Origin: Vicugna vicugna | Lineage: Eukaryota | Reading direction: 5' to 3' | Assembly: GCA_013265495.1 (NCBI GenBank) | Contig: MU057560.1 | Location: forward strand, 2,108,909-2,172,908 | DNA length: 64,000 bases | Part shown: positions 1 through 10,770 of the stretch, one piece after another | Position numbering within the stretch: the stretch's first letter is position 1 | Layout: the number at the start of each line of letters is the position of its first letter | Made by a program: the position numbers and the translations under genes | The notes under the pieces: generated by a model | Seen by the model: only the letters and a program-made list of their open reading frames with translations | Database searches by the model: none | What the model was told of the DNA's origin: nothing

Positions 1-60
1 TATGTCTCTGAGTCTGTTTCTGTTTTATATTTAAGTTCATTTGTCTTCTGTTTTTTTTTT
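1..60 (-). mobile_element. LINE1 3'UTR fragment, truncated by window edge
   Basis: tatgtctctgagtctgtttctgttttat...ttcatttgt resembles the same segment of the L1 copies near 19050 and 60640. Confidence 0.6.
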
Positions 61-887
61 TTTTGGTTTGTTTGTTTGTTTTAAGCCTCTTAACCACAAA
101 GTTACACTGCTGTCTCCTTAACAAGGTGCACGTAGGGGTGCGCACACAGGGCGCATGCGGGAGATAGAAGCTTCCCTGACCTTGTGCATCTTCCTCTGTT
201 GCTACTTCATAACTTTTTGATCTCCTTAAGAAATCTCCTAAATAACCTGGAGGTTTTGATCTTCAGTGTCGGATCTTTAAGGTAACAAAATGTCGTTTCC
301 TGGCATTCTGACAGATCAGTGGAGTAGATCCTTGCCTTGGGCATCAAATATTATATCTGAATTTCTTCTTTGTCTTAAAAGTAACTGATTTTTGCACTTC
401 TTTACTTTGGACAGCTCTGTGGGCCGTGACTTTCTTGAATCTGAAGCACCATTACTGCAGTAAACATGAAAGAACTAGAAGTTATAGTGGAGGTTTGGTT
501 GTCATTGATGTTAAAATCACTTTGGAGAACAGTTTATGTAGAAGATGAGGATCTAATTATTGAAGGTGGTGAGGCTCGGAGGCTGAGATGAGGTACCCTT
601 GTCCAAACAAGAGACACATTCCTGTTTCCTGAGCACATTCCTGTTTTTGCAACATTTTGAATTGTGTTCACAATTTTAGTTCTTTTCCCTTTTGTATATT
701 TAAAAATTTTAAATCAAGTAATTCTTATGAGTCGTTTAAGAAGTTAGTTGCTGTGAATGCAAGCAATATTTCTCTCAATAATAGTAAAAAATAAATAACA
801 TGGTCCAATTGCACACCGCCTTTCCTAATAACATCAAGTCAATGTCTGCTAGGTTGCGTGCTCCATGTTTCTACATATTTTGTTTCA

Positions 888-975
888 TTTTACTTCCATG
901 GTGCCCTCTGAGGTAGGTTTTGTTATCTCCCTTTTACAAATAAAAAGTCTGAAACTAAAAAAAAAAAAAGTTAAT
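888..975 (-). mobile_element. MIR fragment
   Basis: tgaggtaggttttgttatctcccttttacaaataaaaagtctgaaac resembles the reversed MIR core. Confidence 0.6.
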
Positions 976-2661
976 TGCTGAAAATCTGATTAAAATCAGC
1001 AGGCCCTAAACACTCCCTTTGCATCTTATCTGATACCCTAGGATAACCACTTTCAACGTTTTACAGCGATTTCTTCTAGTCTTTACTTGGCTGCTTTTAT
1101 ATCTCGGATATGATCTGGTGACGGGGCCCACGTCACGTGAGGGTTTTGGCTTTTTCTGCGCTCTCTTGCCTTCCCTCAGACTCCCAGTGTAGTTAAGTGC
1201 AATCTCTTGCCAAATCCATATCCAGGGTTCTGGTTTTTCTAGTTACATAATATTGTCGACTGCTGATTCGAGTAGTGTTCTGTGACTAGTGCAGCCAGCT
1301 TTTCAGGATGTTTGCTCAGAAACAATCGGAATGTTAAGTTCAGTATCTCACCTTATTTCTGTGCGCGTGGCCTGAATTGCCTTGTTGATGCTGTGCACCC
1401 GCCAGTGCTGGTTTCTCTTCCTGGAGTTTCCACTTCCTTGTCTTTCATCCTTTCGAGCCGGGTGCCTAAGTTCTTGTGTTTCTATTACTGCAGCCTGGGC
1501 GGGCGAGGGTGTGCTGTTCCTGACATTTACTTCGCAAGGCGATGTCTGAAAATCCCCGCTAGTTAGACGAGTGATACTGTCAATCCTTGGGCAAGTCCCA
1601 GGACCCTTTCTCTTACAGGGAGGGCAATTATGTTACAGGACTTACAGTCCCAGGGATCAAATAGGAAACGCTGCTTCCAAACCAGTGCACAAAGAGCCTG
1701 CACCTGAGCTGACAGCTTGAGCACAAAGCCACACCGCAGCCTCCTTTACAGATTCGCTGCGCCTTCATGTACTGCACACGCTGTCCGTTAGGGTGTCTGT
1801 CTTTGTGTCCCTCCAGTAGCGGCTCTGTTTTCCGTCTCCGCCACTGGGTCAGCTCCAGGTCAGTCGTCCGGGTTGCCTTACTTTATCTCCTCCGGTCTTG
1901 GAAGGGCTCGTTGCTCCGCTGAGTCTCGTGTGCATCCCCTGTGCAGTCACAGGTTCTGGCCCTCCTGTGGTGGCGTCTGCCCTATGTTTTCATCTTCTGA
2001 GGTCTTTTCCTGCTGTTCTGGCCTCCCGTCCCTCCCGGTGGTGCCGTTGCTGGGCTCCAGCTGCCTCCCTAGGTCACAGTCCCGTGACGTGCCTTCCTGA
2101 GCCACTTGCAGCCCGATCTGTGTGCGTGTACCTGGGTGGGGGTGCCCAGGCCCACGCCAGGCTGCCAGGAGCTCCTGCGGCACAGAGTTTTGTTGAGTAA
2201 ATTCTTGAGCTGTGACTTACCCCAAGACAGAGGAGTTTGGCAGAGCCCAGCTGGCCACAGTGCAGCCTCCCTGGAGCCCCAGGCTGCTTCCTGGGGAGAT
2301 GCCCGCTGGTGCCCCAACCTTGCTCGCATTCTTGCCGAAGCGTGTATGGGAGCACTCATTCCTGCTGCCTGCTCCCCCCACCCGCTCAGCATCTTCTCTG
2401 GGTCCTACCCTCTCCGCTTGGAGGCTTTCTTCTCAGTGTGCTTCTGGGTTAGAGATGTTCCCAAGTTTCAGTGAAGATGGAGTTTGTGTTTCTGCTTTTC
2501 ATTCTCCTTCCTGCTTTTGTATGATTTCCTTGAGTTTGAGAAGAGACTTGAATCCTTTAGCCCACTGTCTGAAAACCTGGGGTCCAGATTTGGCTCTGTG
2601 AGGTGGCGAGTGGAGGAGGAGCTGGAATGTAGGGACTTGTGTCAGGAAAGCTGGTTGAGAC

Positions 2662-3143
2662 TGTTACTGAGTCCAAGCTTGGACTGTTTGTGGCGCCACA
2701 GGCCAGTTAATTGAAGGATGAGTTTTCGGGGCAAGGAATAGCGACTCCGTTTGGAAAGCCAGCAGACCGAAAAGATGGTGGGCTAGTGTCCCAAAGTACC
2801 CTCTTGCCTGAGTTAGAATTCATGCTGCTTTTATACTAAAAGGAGAGGGCGTCAAGGCGAACGTTTCCTGCTTGCGCTCAGCCTCCAGAGGGTGGCGTTA
2901 ATTCCGTCCTTCCTGCGGTCGTTCCCAGGTGGGTCTGGTCAGGAAGTTTCCTGGGAGCTAAACACAGGTATTTTAGCTTAACGCTCATCACCTGGGAGGC
3001 AGGGTTCCCGGAGCTGGGCCATTCTGTGTAATGTAAGCTTATAGGCAACATCCCTTTACTGACTAACTTGTAGTCAGAGCAATAGAATACAGAAGTTAAA
3101 GAAACAGGTCCACGTGGGGTCAGGTTTGTTCTTCCCTATCACA
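2662..3143 (-). mobile_element. Solo LTR, ERV1-type, about 480 bp
   Basis: TGT...ACA termini (tgttactgagtccaagc ... gttcttccctatcaca), minus-strand TATA (ttttatact near 2830), ERV1-like LTR layout; no clear TSD. Confidence 0.7.
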
Positions 3144-3699
3144 GCAGGTCGTAAAAATAGGATTTCGGCGAGAAATGGTGTGGGTGGGGTGGGGGTGGAG
3201 AGGAGGGGGAAGGGCCGGGCCACGTGGGCACTGAGTGTGATCGGTCAGGAGAGGGGGGCCGGGGCACTGAGTGAACGCGGGGAGCAGGTCTGGGGGCACT
3301 GGGCTCAGTGTGGTTGAGGGACAGAGATGCCCGGGGGCCCTGTCGTGGAGCTGGCGAGGGGGGCATGGATTGACAGTTGGAAGCCACCACCACCGAGTGA
3401 CCACAGTGATACCCATGGGGAAGAGGGGAGAGTCAGGAAGGAGAAGGGGGTCAGGGAGGACGGCAGGGGTGGGGGTGATGGGACACAAAGGGCTCCTTGT
3501 CGGGGGTCTGGAAGCTCGAGCACGGGCTGCGGGCCGGCTGTGTGTGTGACGCCGTGACCCTGGGGCTGTGGGGAAGCCCGTGCCGTGGGAGAACCGCTTT
3601 CTGTGCCTGAGCCAGCGTGAAGTCTGGCGGTGAAGGGGAGGGGAAATCATAGGTGATCATGGATGTCCAGCCTCTGGGCCCGCAGAGGCCTGGTGTTAC

Positions 3700-3903
3700 T
3701 GCCACATTATCTGTGAGTGACTACGGCCAGGAAAGGTTTTCTGATTTTAAGGACCCACGTGACTAGATAATTCCGTATAATCTCTTCTCAAGATCCTAAC
3801 CTAATCACACCCTAATCACAGTCCCTTTGGCGTGTACCTTAGCACATGCATGGGGCTTGGGGCAAGGATGTGCACATGGCGGGGGGGGCTTCTGCTTCCC
3901 GCA
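3700..3903 (-). mobile_element. MLT1 (ERVL-MaLR) LTR fragment
   Basis: ttttaaggacccacgtgactagat...ctcaagatcctaacctaatcaca...gtccctttgg is typical MLT1 sequence. Confidence 0.6.
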
Positions 3904-4666
3904 GGCATCAGAGCGTGGGCTGCGGGGACCTGGCTGGTCACAGCCGTGGCGGCTCTGAGGGAGCCGGCTCTGAGCACGTGAGCCCGAGGAGCTGGTCCCA
4001 GTGCAGCTGCGTCTGACTCTGTACACCCTCAGGCCTGGCCCGTGACCATGGCCTAGTCTTGGCTGGCCCCTCCTCCGGGGTGGGTCCCGCACGTTGTGCA
4101 CTGAGCCCCCGAGCCTGTCAGAAGGCCTGCTCGGCGTCACCGCTTGGCCACGCTTTCCAGACGGACACGCGCCTCCAGGTGAAAATGGCCCGGGGTCAGG
4201 CCTCTCTCTCTGTGCTTCCCGCCTTTCCGGGATCTTGCTTTTCCCGACTGTGGCAGCTCCCTGTAGCCTTGAAACAGACTCAGGGTTCTTGGCTCTGCAG
4301 GGACCTGGCGTAACCACCCACTCTGTCATCACCGGGAGCCACTTTCTGCTCCGTTGTTGAGGAATCATTTGTTCAACCAATCTGGGACCTTTGGAAATAA
4401 ATACTGGTTTTGTTAAAAGCACAGTGTACATTGTCCTTGCTTAGTTCTTGTGCCCTCTTACTGCCATTTCCAGACATAGCTCTGAAGTGGGATTGTCACG
4501 TCACTGAGCGGACGGGAGCTGAGGGCCGCTCGCGCACGTTCCGGGCGCCTTGCGGACGCCTGGCGCCAGCTGCTCCTCCGGCAGCAGCAGAGGAGGGGAG
4601 TGCCTTTTCAGTCTGTCTGTTAAATCTGACTTCATACATGTATGTGCCTTTTCCTTCCCCCCGCAG

Positions 4667-4750
4667 GCACGTGCTCTGACACCTCAAACTGCAGAGACAG
4701 ATGCCATCCGGTTTTTGGTTGGGACGCAGTCTCTAAAATATGATAATCAG
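4667..4750 (+). CDS. EIPR1: EIPR1 coding exon 2 ([28 protein letters not shown]), 84 nt, phase 0/0
   Basis: Polypyrimidine tract plus ccgcAG acceptor and CAG|gtaact donor; translation matches the recalled N-terminal region of EIPR1/TSSC1. Confidence 0.96.
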
Positions 4751-5534
4751 GTAACTATTTCTGACAAATGTGTACATGTTCAGCACTAAGCCTGTTCTTA
4801 GTTTTATAACCATTTTGTTCTTGATTTTTCAAGCAACGTTTGGGAAAATTAATGCCACACACGCGAAGTAAAACTTTCACTGGGATTTACATATCCAACT
4901 GTACGTAACGATTAAATTAAATAGTTTAATCTTACTCCGTGTGACATTACTGCTGCGGGTTTGTGGTTACGTAGGATTTACTGTGCAAGTGACTGGAGAG
5001 CAATTGGGCTGCGTGGTCAGCATCACCCCTTCGACCCCGGCCAGGGGGTGGCCGCTTTGGTTGCTCACAGCACTCTCTCTAGCTGGGCCTGCGTGAGGCC
5101 ATGGCCCACCTCAGCGTAGCACACTGCAAGCTGTCACTGCTGGTCATCCACAGAGAGTACCAGTGTGGCCCGTGTGCTGATCCGACCACCACAGTGGAAC
5201 GGATGTTAGGTACCCACACGATTGAGGTTCAGGCCATGGCCGGACACAGATGTGCGACCTTGTGTGAATGGATTAACCTCGCTGGCCTTCATTTTCCTCC
5301 TGGCTGACAGACAGGTGGAGCCGTGTACCGGTGCTGGGGGTGCTGTGAAGGCGCACCTGCCTTTGATCCTGGGAAATGCACAGGAGGCCATGTCACGTGG
5401 TGTAGGCCCCCAGCCAGTTACCACGGCCGCTTGGGCGGAAATGGCAGTAAACCCGCTGCCTGAGAATACTCGGTGCCGGGGAGGGCGTGGTGACGTCCTC
5501 ACTCTCCCGAGCTGATGAGGGGGTGTGTATTAGC

Positions 5535-6130
5535 ATTGCCTTTTTGACAACTAATTTGATGATATGTATACCTAAAGCTTCACAAATAAGTGCTCAAATT
5601 ATTTAACCTGCAGTTTTTATACCCAAAACATAGAAAAAGCTTTCTATACAAGGCATATTATTGTAATGGTACGTGTGATGGCGAAAAAATTAGAAGCAAT
5701 CACATTGTGCAAACATTTGGATGATATGAAATTCCCATTTATAATGGCAGACTCATATGGTCCAGCCTGGTTGAACCTGGTCACTCACAAGCGTCCCAGC
5801 CTGAAAATTCTTAGCTGACTCAGTGAGATGTGAAGACCGCATATGCTGTGTCATCGCTGAGAAAAGAGTGGATTATACTGCAGTGTGTACAAATAGCGAC
5901 TCATTGCATTGTGCGCCTGAAACTAACACCGCGTGGTGTCAATCATACCTCCACTAAAGCAGCAGATAAAGTACAGAATTGAATCTCTGCGTAGAATAAA
6001 GACTGGGAAGAAACAGGTCAAAAGGTTCGAGCTGTGGTCGTCTTCAGGGGATGCGGGTGTTTGTGATAGAAGTCCTTTCTTTGTGATTCCCAGTTTTCTG
6101 AACGTGGATGGATGTGTTGTCATTTTTCTC
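5535..6130 (+). mobile_element. Old LINE1 (L1ME-like) 3' remnant
   Basis: AT-rich block with degraded L1 3' motifs (aaaaattagaagcaatc, tggattatactgcag, gttgtcatttttctc). Confidence 0.4.
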
Positions 6131-7404
6131 CTGGAAAACGTCAGATGGGAATGAGCGGCTGTCTCACAGGGAAAGAGGAGACCCAGGGAGGCTCTATGAG
6201 TCTGGGGGACGCTGCCTGAGAGGAGGGGGAGGAAGACTCGCCAGATGATGGACAGGGAGCTGGTTGGTGCTGGAGGCCCAGCTCCTTTCTCTGGCGCAGC
6301 CCACTGCCCGCTGAGCAGGTGGGCGGGTGTCAGTCAGCCCAGAGCTTTTGTTCAGGGGTGGACCAGGCGGAGCTTGTGAGGGGGCAGGTGTTACTCGCCC
6401 ACCTGGCTCTGTCCCCAGGCCTCTGAGTGCCTCTTTCTCATCCACTTCCTTTTCAGTTCCTCTCAATTCCGAGGCTGCACCATTGCCCTTTTTGGTAGAA
6501 CATAATTTGGTAGAACATTCTTGAGAATAAGGAAGAAATTATTGTTATTACTTAATAAGGGATGCTTTATAAGATTTTCCTAGAAAATATTAAAAGCTCA
6601 GAGAAACTCATGGATTAAAACCAAGATGAGGCGATGTAAGGCATTAATTAATAAGGGACTCTGTACCTGGTTTTCTCAGCCAAAACTATCTCCTGCATGG
6701 CTCTGACACTGAGAGAGGATCAGCCCCACATGGCGGGAAGTGCTCTGCTCTTCCTGAAATCCTTTGTAGCGTGAGATCAGCCTGGGCTGGGCCCAGGCTT
6801 CAGGGGCTCCTGGGTTGTGGCCCTGCCATGTGAGCCGTGATTGTCCGAGGGGTGAGATCGGCCTCCTCCGACAGGCGTTGTTCACGACTCCGCGTGCCGT
6901 GGAGCGGGCGTCGTTTCTGCGAACAGTCCTGACTTCTAGGACACAGTCCTCGGACCTTGGACCTCGGACCTGGGGAGAGGGACGTTTCCATTGTAAGTTA
7001 GAGGCTTTGGCCCTCCTTCATACCTGGTCTTAGCAACGTGACTGCCCAGTGGTAAGGTCTGGGAGAGCGGAGTAGTTGACTTTAACAGGGACAGATTCGC
7101 AGCTGTTTGGAAGCCTTTCCCTTGTCCTCCGCCGCGCAGCGGCCCCGAGTGCTCCACGCGGGCCTGCTGCGTGCCCTGTCGCCCCGCTGCTCTCCCACTG
7201 CGCGCTCAGGCCTGCCTGCAGCCTCCGGCTCTGGGGACGTCTGCTGGCCACGGCTGAATTAAAGGGGGGAGGACGAGGCTTCTAACTTCCCGTCTCCACA
7301 CTTGAGCTGCAGTGTCTTTTGTCTGTGAGTCCCGGTGCAGGGGACGGGAGATGCTGGCGTCGTGCTGGTTTCCGGGGAAGGTGCGGGTGTGGCCGGGACC
7401 TGCG

Positions 7405-7800
7405 TCCTTCCATTCATCCATTCTTTCATTCCCTCAGCATGATTTGCTTAGCGCAGTGACCGGGCTCCGAGTCCTGCCACTGTCCTGTGCGGGGCACACA
7501 GAGGCACATTCGCGCTCGAGCTGAGCTTCCGATGACACGGGGACCCAGGGGGCGGTAACTGCAGTGACACTTAGGAGAGAGGTGGTTGCAGGGGGCGGGG
7601 GCGGGGGCGGGAGGGGGCGCCCATCTCCTGCCGGGGGCTCCGGAGCCCGCATCATGGAGAGGCACGGCCGCCCGAGCAAGGCCGCAGGCTCTGGTGAGCT
7701 TGTCACTTGCAGGGAGTGGGGGCCTTGTGTTTTCAGGGAACTTTGGCACCTTCCCTGGGAGGAAGCTGGGGTGAGGGGAGGCTGAGAGGAGCAGGCGGGC
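7405..7800 (-). mobile_element. LINE2 3' remnant
   Basis: ttccattcatccattctttcattc tail followed by degraded L2 motifs, e.g. cttccctgggaggaagctg. Confidence 0.45.
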
Positions 7801-8250
7801 TGGACTGTGTGGGGACACGTGTGCTGGAACCACACGTGGCATGCCTGTCCCTTTGCACGCGGGACACGCGTGTTTCCCCTCATACACGACACACAGTCTC
7901 ACATGCGATGTGGCTGGGTCCCTGCACGTGTGCGTGACACGCTTCCACACGTGACGCACGTGCTTCCTCCCACATGTGACAGGCACATCTCGGGTGATGC
8001 CTGCGCCCAAGAGAGGGGCCCTGGGGAAGGGCTGAGCACAGCACTGGTGGGTCCTGCGTCTCCAAGAGGACAGTTGTAGTGTCCCTCTGCTTTCCAACAG
8101 TGTTCTTAAAAGATGACTGCCAAGTGCGCCTTAAGGTGACGAAGACCATCTCACTAACGTCCCGCCTCCTTGCCCCATCCCATCCCCTCTCAGAGCCCTG
8201 GGCTTCTTTGTCAATTCCTCCTGTGTCCTGTCCCCGTCCACGGTGTTTGT

Positions 8251-8418
8251 TGTGTGTCCCCATCCACGTGTCATGTGTGTGTCCTGTTTGCAGTGTCGTG
8301 TGTGTCCCCATCTGCAGTGTCATCTGTGTGTCACCATTTGCAGTGTCATGTGTGTGCCCCCATCTGCAGTGTCGTATGTCCCCATCTGCAGTGTCATTTG
8401 TCCCCATCTGCAATGCCA
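8251..8418. repeat. Minisatellite, about 7 copies of 22-26 bp (tg)n-tccccatctgcagtgtca
   Basis: Units read directly from the sequence; they explain the repetitive ORFs here. Confidence 0.9.
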
Positions 8419-9865
8419 CAAGAGATAAAGAGAACCACAGTGACAGTGGGTCCTGGCCCGGGAGCCCCCAGAGGACTGAGGGCCCAAAAGGTACCCAGGC
8501 AGGTGAGGCCCTTCTCGAGGTTGGGGTTCCCACACCTGCATTCTGGAAAGAGCAGGTGCTGTTGGTCCCATTCCCAAACAGAGGGAGTCGCCTTCAGCAG
8601 TCACCTGGTTTCCAAGGCGACCCTGCTGGAAGAAACATCTACTCCCCTCTCCGCCTCCTCCCCTGGCATAAACATGTCCTTTAATTATAAAGCGTGTGCT
8701 CTGCTTGTGTGTGTGCATGTGTGTGTCCTAGGGACTTGCTGTGCATGTGGGACTCCCACAGGCCAACAACGCCCCTGCCCGCAGCACCTGCCACGCCATG
8801 GGAGCTGTGACAGTGGCATCGCGTGACCGCCAGTCTGGCCTCCCCCCACCGCCTCCGTCTGAGAGCAGGAGCTCGGCCCTTCCTGGGGCCTAGGGGCTGG
8901 CTGCTCGGGCGTCTGGCCTGTGGCTTGGCCTCAGGCCGTCAGCTCCTTCCAGGCAACCATTCGTTCCCCAGAAAGTGCCCGGCACCTGAATCAGGACTCC
9001 TTAATTCAGCTCTGCTATTTTTATGAGTTTAGGGGCTGTCACGGTGGCTGGCCTTTCTTTGTCTGGCAGACTGCTTTCTTTTCTGTGCCTTGAATTCTGC
9101 CCCGGGCCTGCTGTGCTGGGAGCAGGACGAGTCTTTCCTGTCTCCGGGCCCTCCTCCGGGAGGAGGGCGGGTGTTCCTCCCATCGTGGGGAAGCTCAGGG
9201 AGAGGAGCCAGGAGCCCCTGGGACCCAGGCCTGGGTGCAGGGCTCTGCTTGCTCCTGTGCTGTGCCTCCCCCGAGGATTTTCTCTGCTTCCCCCGCGTCT
9301 TGGGTAGATGGGGTGGGTGCCAGGGGGACAGAAAGGCCCGCCCCCTCTGCACAGCCAGTGAGGAGGCAGTGCCCCTGGAGGCGGGGGCCGCACGCTGGCC
9401 GCTTTCTCAGGCTGCTGTGTGCCTTTGTGGTTTGCTCACTTGTCAGTGTGTTAGCGCCATTGTTCTGTGTGTGCGCTTTGGCCGAGGGTGGCTCTGTCCA
9501 GGCGCCCCTCTAACGTCACCGGCCTCTGGTGTCGTGTCTGCTTGTTTTCGCCCCGTAGCTGTGTTTCTCCGAGTTGCTGCCCCTCCTGTCCAGTCCCGGT
9601 GTGTCTTGTGGGTGTTCTGAGGACAGAGCCATGCGCCTGGGGCCCTCTTGCTGCCCGGCTCGGAGCCGGTTGTCATCGGATGGATGCATTTTAAGGAAAG
9701 TCACAAAAATTGCAGTAATTAGGCCTGCTTGGCAAATGCACACAGTTTTCACATGGAAGTCCTCTGATGCCCCGTGGTGTTTTTGGTGTCCTGTTATACA
9801 TCCTCAGACAAATGAACCAGGTTTCTTTCTGGTGTAGTTTTTCCTCCGTCTGGAGAAGTTACATT

Positions 9866-9973
9866 GCAGGATGGCGTAGCCCGGGTAGCGTGTGCTAAGC
9901 ATGCACGGGGTCCTGGGTTCAATCCCCAGCACCTCCATGAAAGAAAAAAAAAAGAATTAAAAGAAAAAACCCA
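9866..9973 (+). mobile_element. Camelid tRNA-derived SINE (Vic-1-like)
   Basis: gtgctaagcatgcacggggtcctgggttcaatccccagcacctcc (B-box GGTTCAATCC), A-rich tail, imperfect TSD agaagttacatt (9854-9865) / agaagttatgtt (9974-9985). Confidence 0.85.
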
Positions 9974-10428
9974 AGAAGTTATGTTATCCAAGAACCCTTG
10001 GCCTGGGCATCCAGTAAATTCCATCCGAGTCGTTGGTCTAGGTGTTGGGGAGAATCGGCTCAGACCCCTGGTGGCGTGGCCCATGGGGGTCGTGAGGGGT
10101 AGGTGCCCGAAGCTGCCCTGGAGCCCTGGAGGCCCGGACGGGTTTGCACTGTGCCGTGGGAGCTGCGGAGGGTCCGTCTTTGCTTCTGACTGAACACACT
10201 GGGCCGGTGGATGGGGGTGTCTGTGGGCCTTTCCTGGCTGTGCCTGGAGCCCTGGTGTGTGTGCCTGTGGGCCTGGGGCGTCCAGGGCCCCTTCCGCCTG
10301 TCTTCCCTCCCCTCTCACTTCAGGGACCACTCACCCCATGTTGTCTGAGGCTCTGGCCTCCCCTGCTGATTATGCCCCAGTGACCCAGGTCCCAGCTTCC
10401 TCCAGCCCCTGACCATCTTGTCACTCTC

Positions 10429-10770
10429 TGTGGGGTGAACGCTTGTGTTCCCCCCAAACTCGCGTGTTGGGACCTAACCCCAGGTGATGGTGCTAGAAGG
10501 TGGGGCCTTTGGGAGGTGCTGGGGCCCTGAGGGTGGAACCTCATATGGGGTTAGTGCCTCATATAAGGGACCCGCAGAGCCCGTTAACCTCCCCATGTGA
10601 GGCCACAGTGGGAAGATGCACGTCCGTGGTCCAGGAAGAGGGTTCTTACCAAAATCCGGCCACGTGGGCCCCCTGGTCTTGGATTTCCTGCTTACAGATG
10701 GAGACGTGCCCTTGCTGGGCCCCGGGAGGTTGTGGAGCGTGGGGTCGTTTTCTCCTGGACTCCAAGCCTA
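10429..10770 (+). mobile_element. MLT1A-type LTR
   Basis: gtgttcccccaaactcgcgtgttgggacctaacccc...gaaggtggggcctttgggaggtg...tgtgaggccacagtgggaagatg. Confidence 0.8.

Noticed and set aside
84..590. Possible processed pseudogene after the T-rich tract
   Set aside because: Short translations on either strand match nothing I recognise and no TSD was found.
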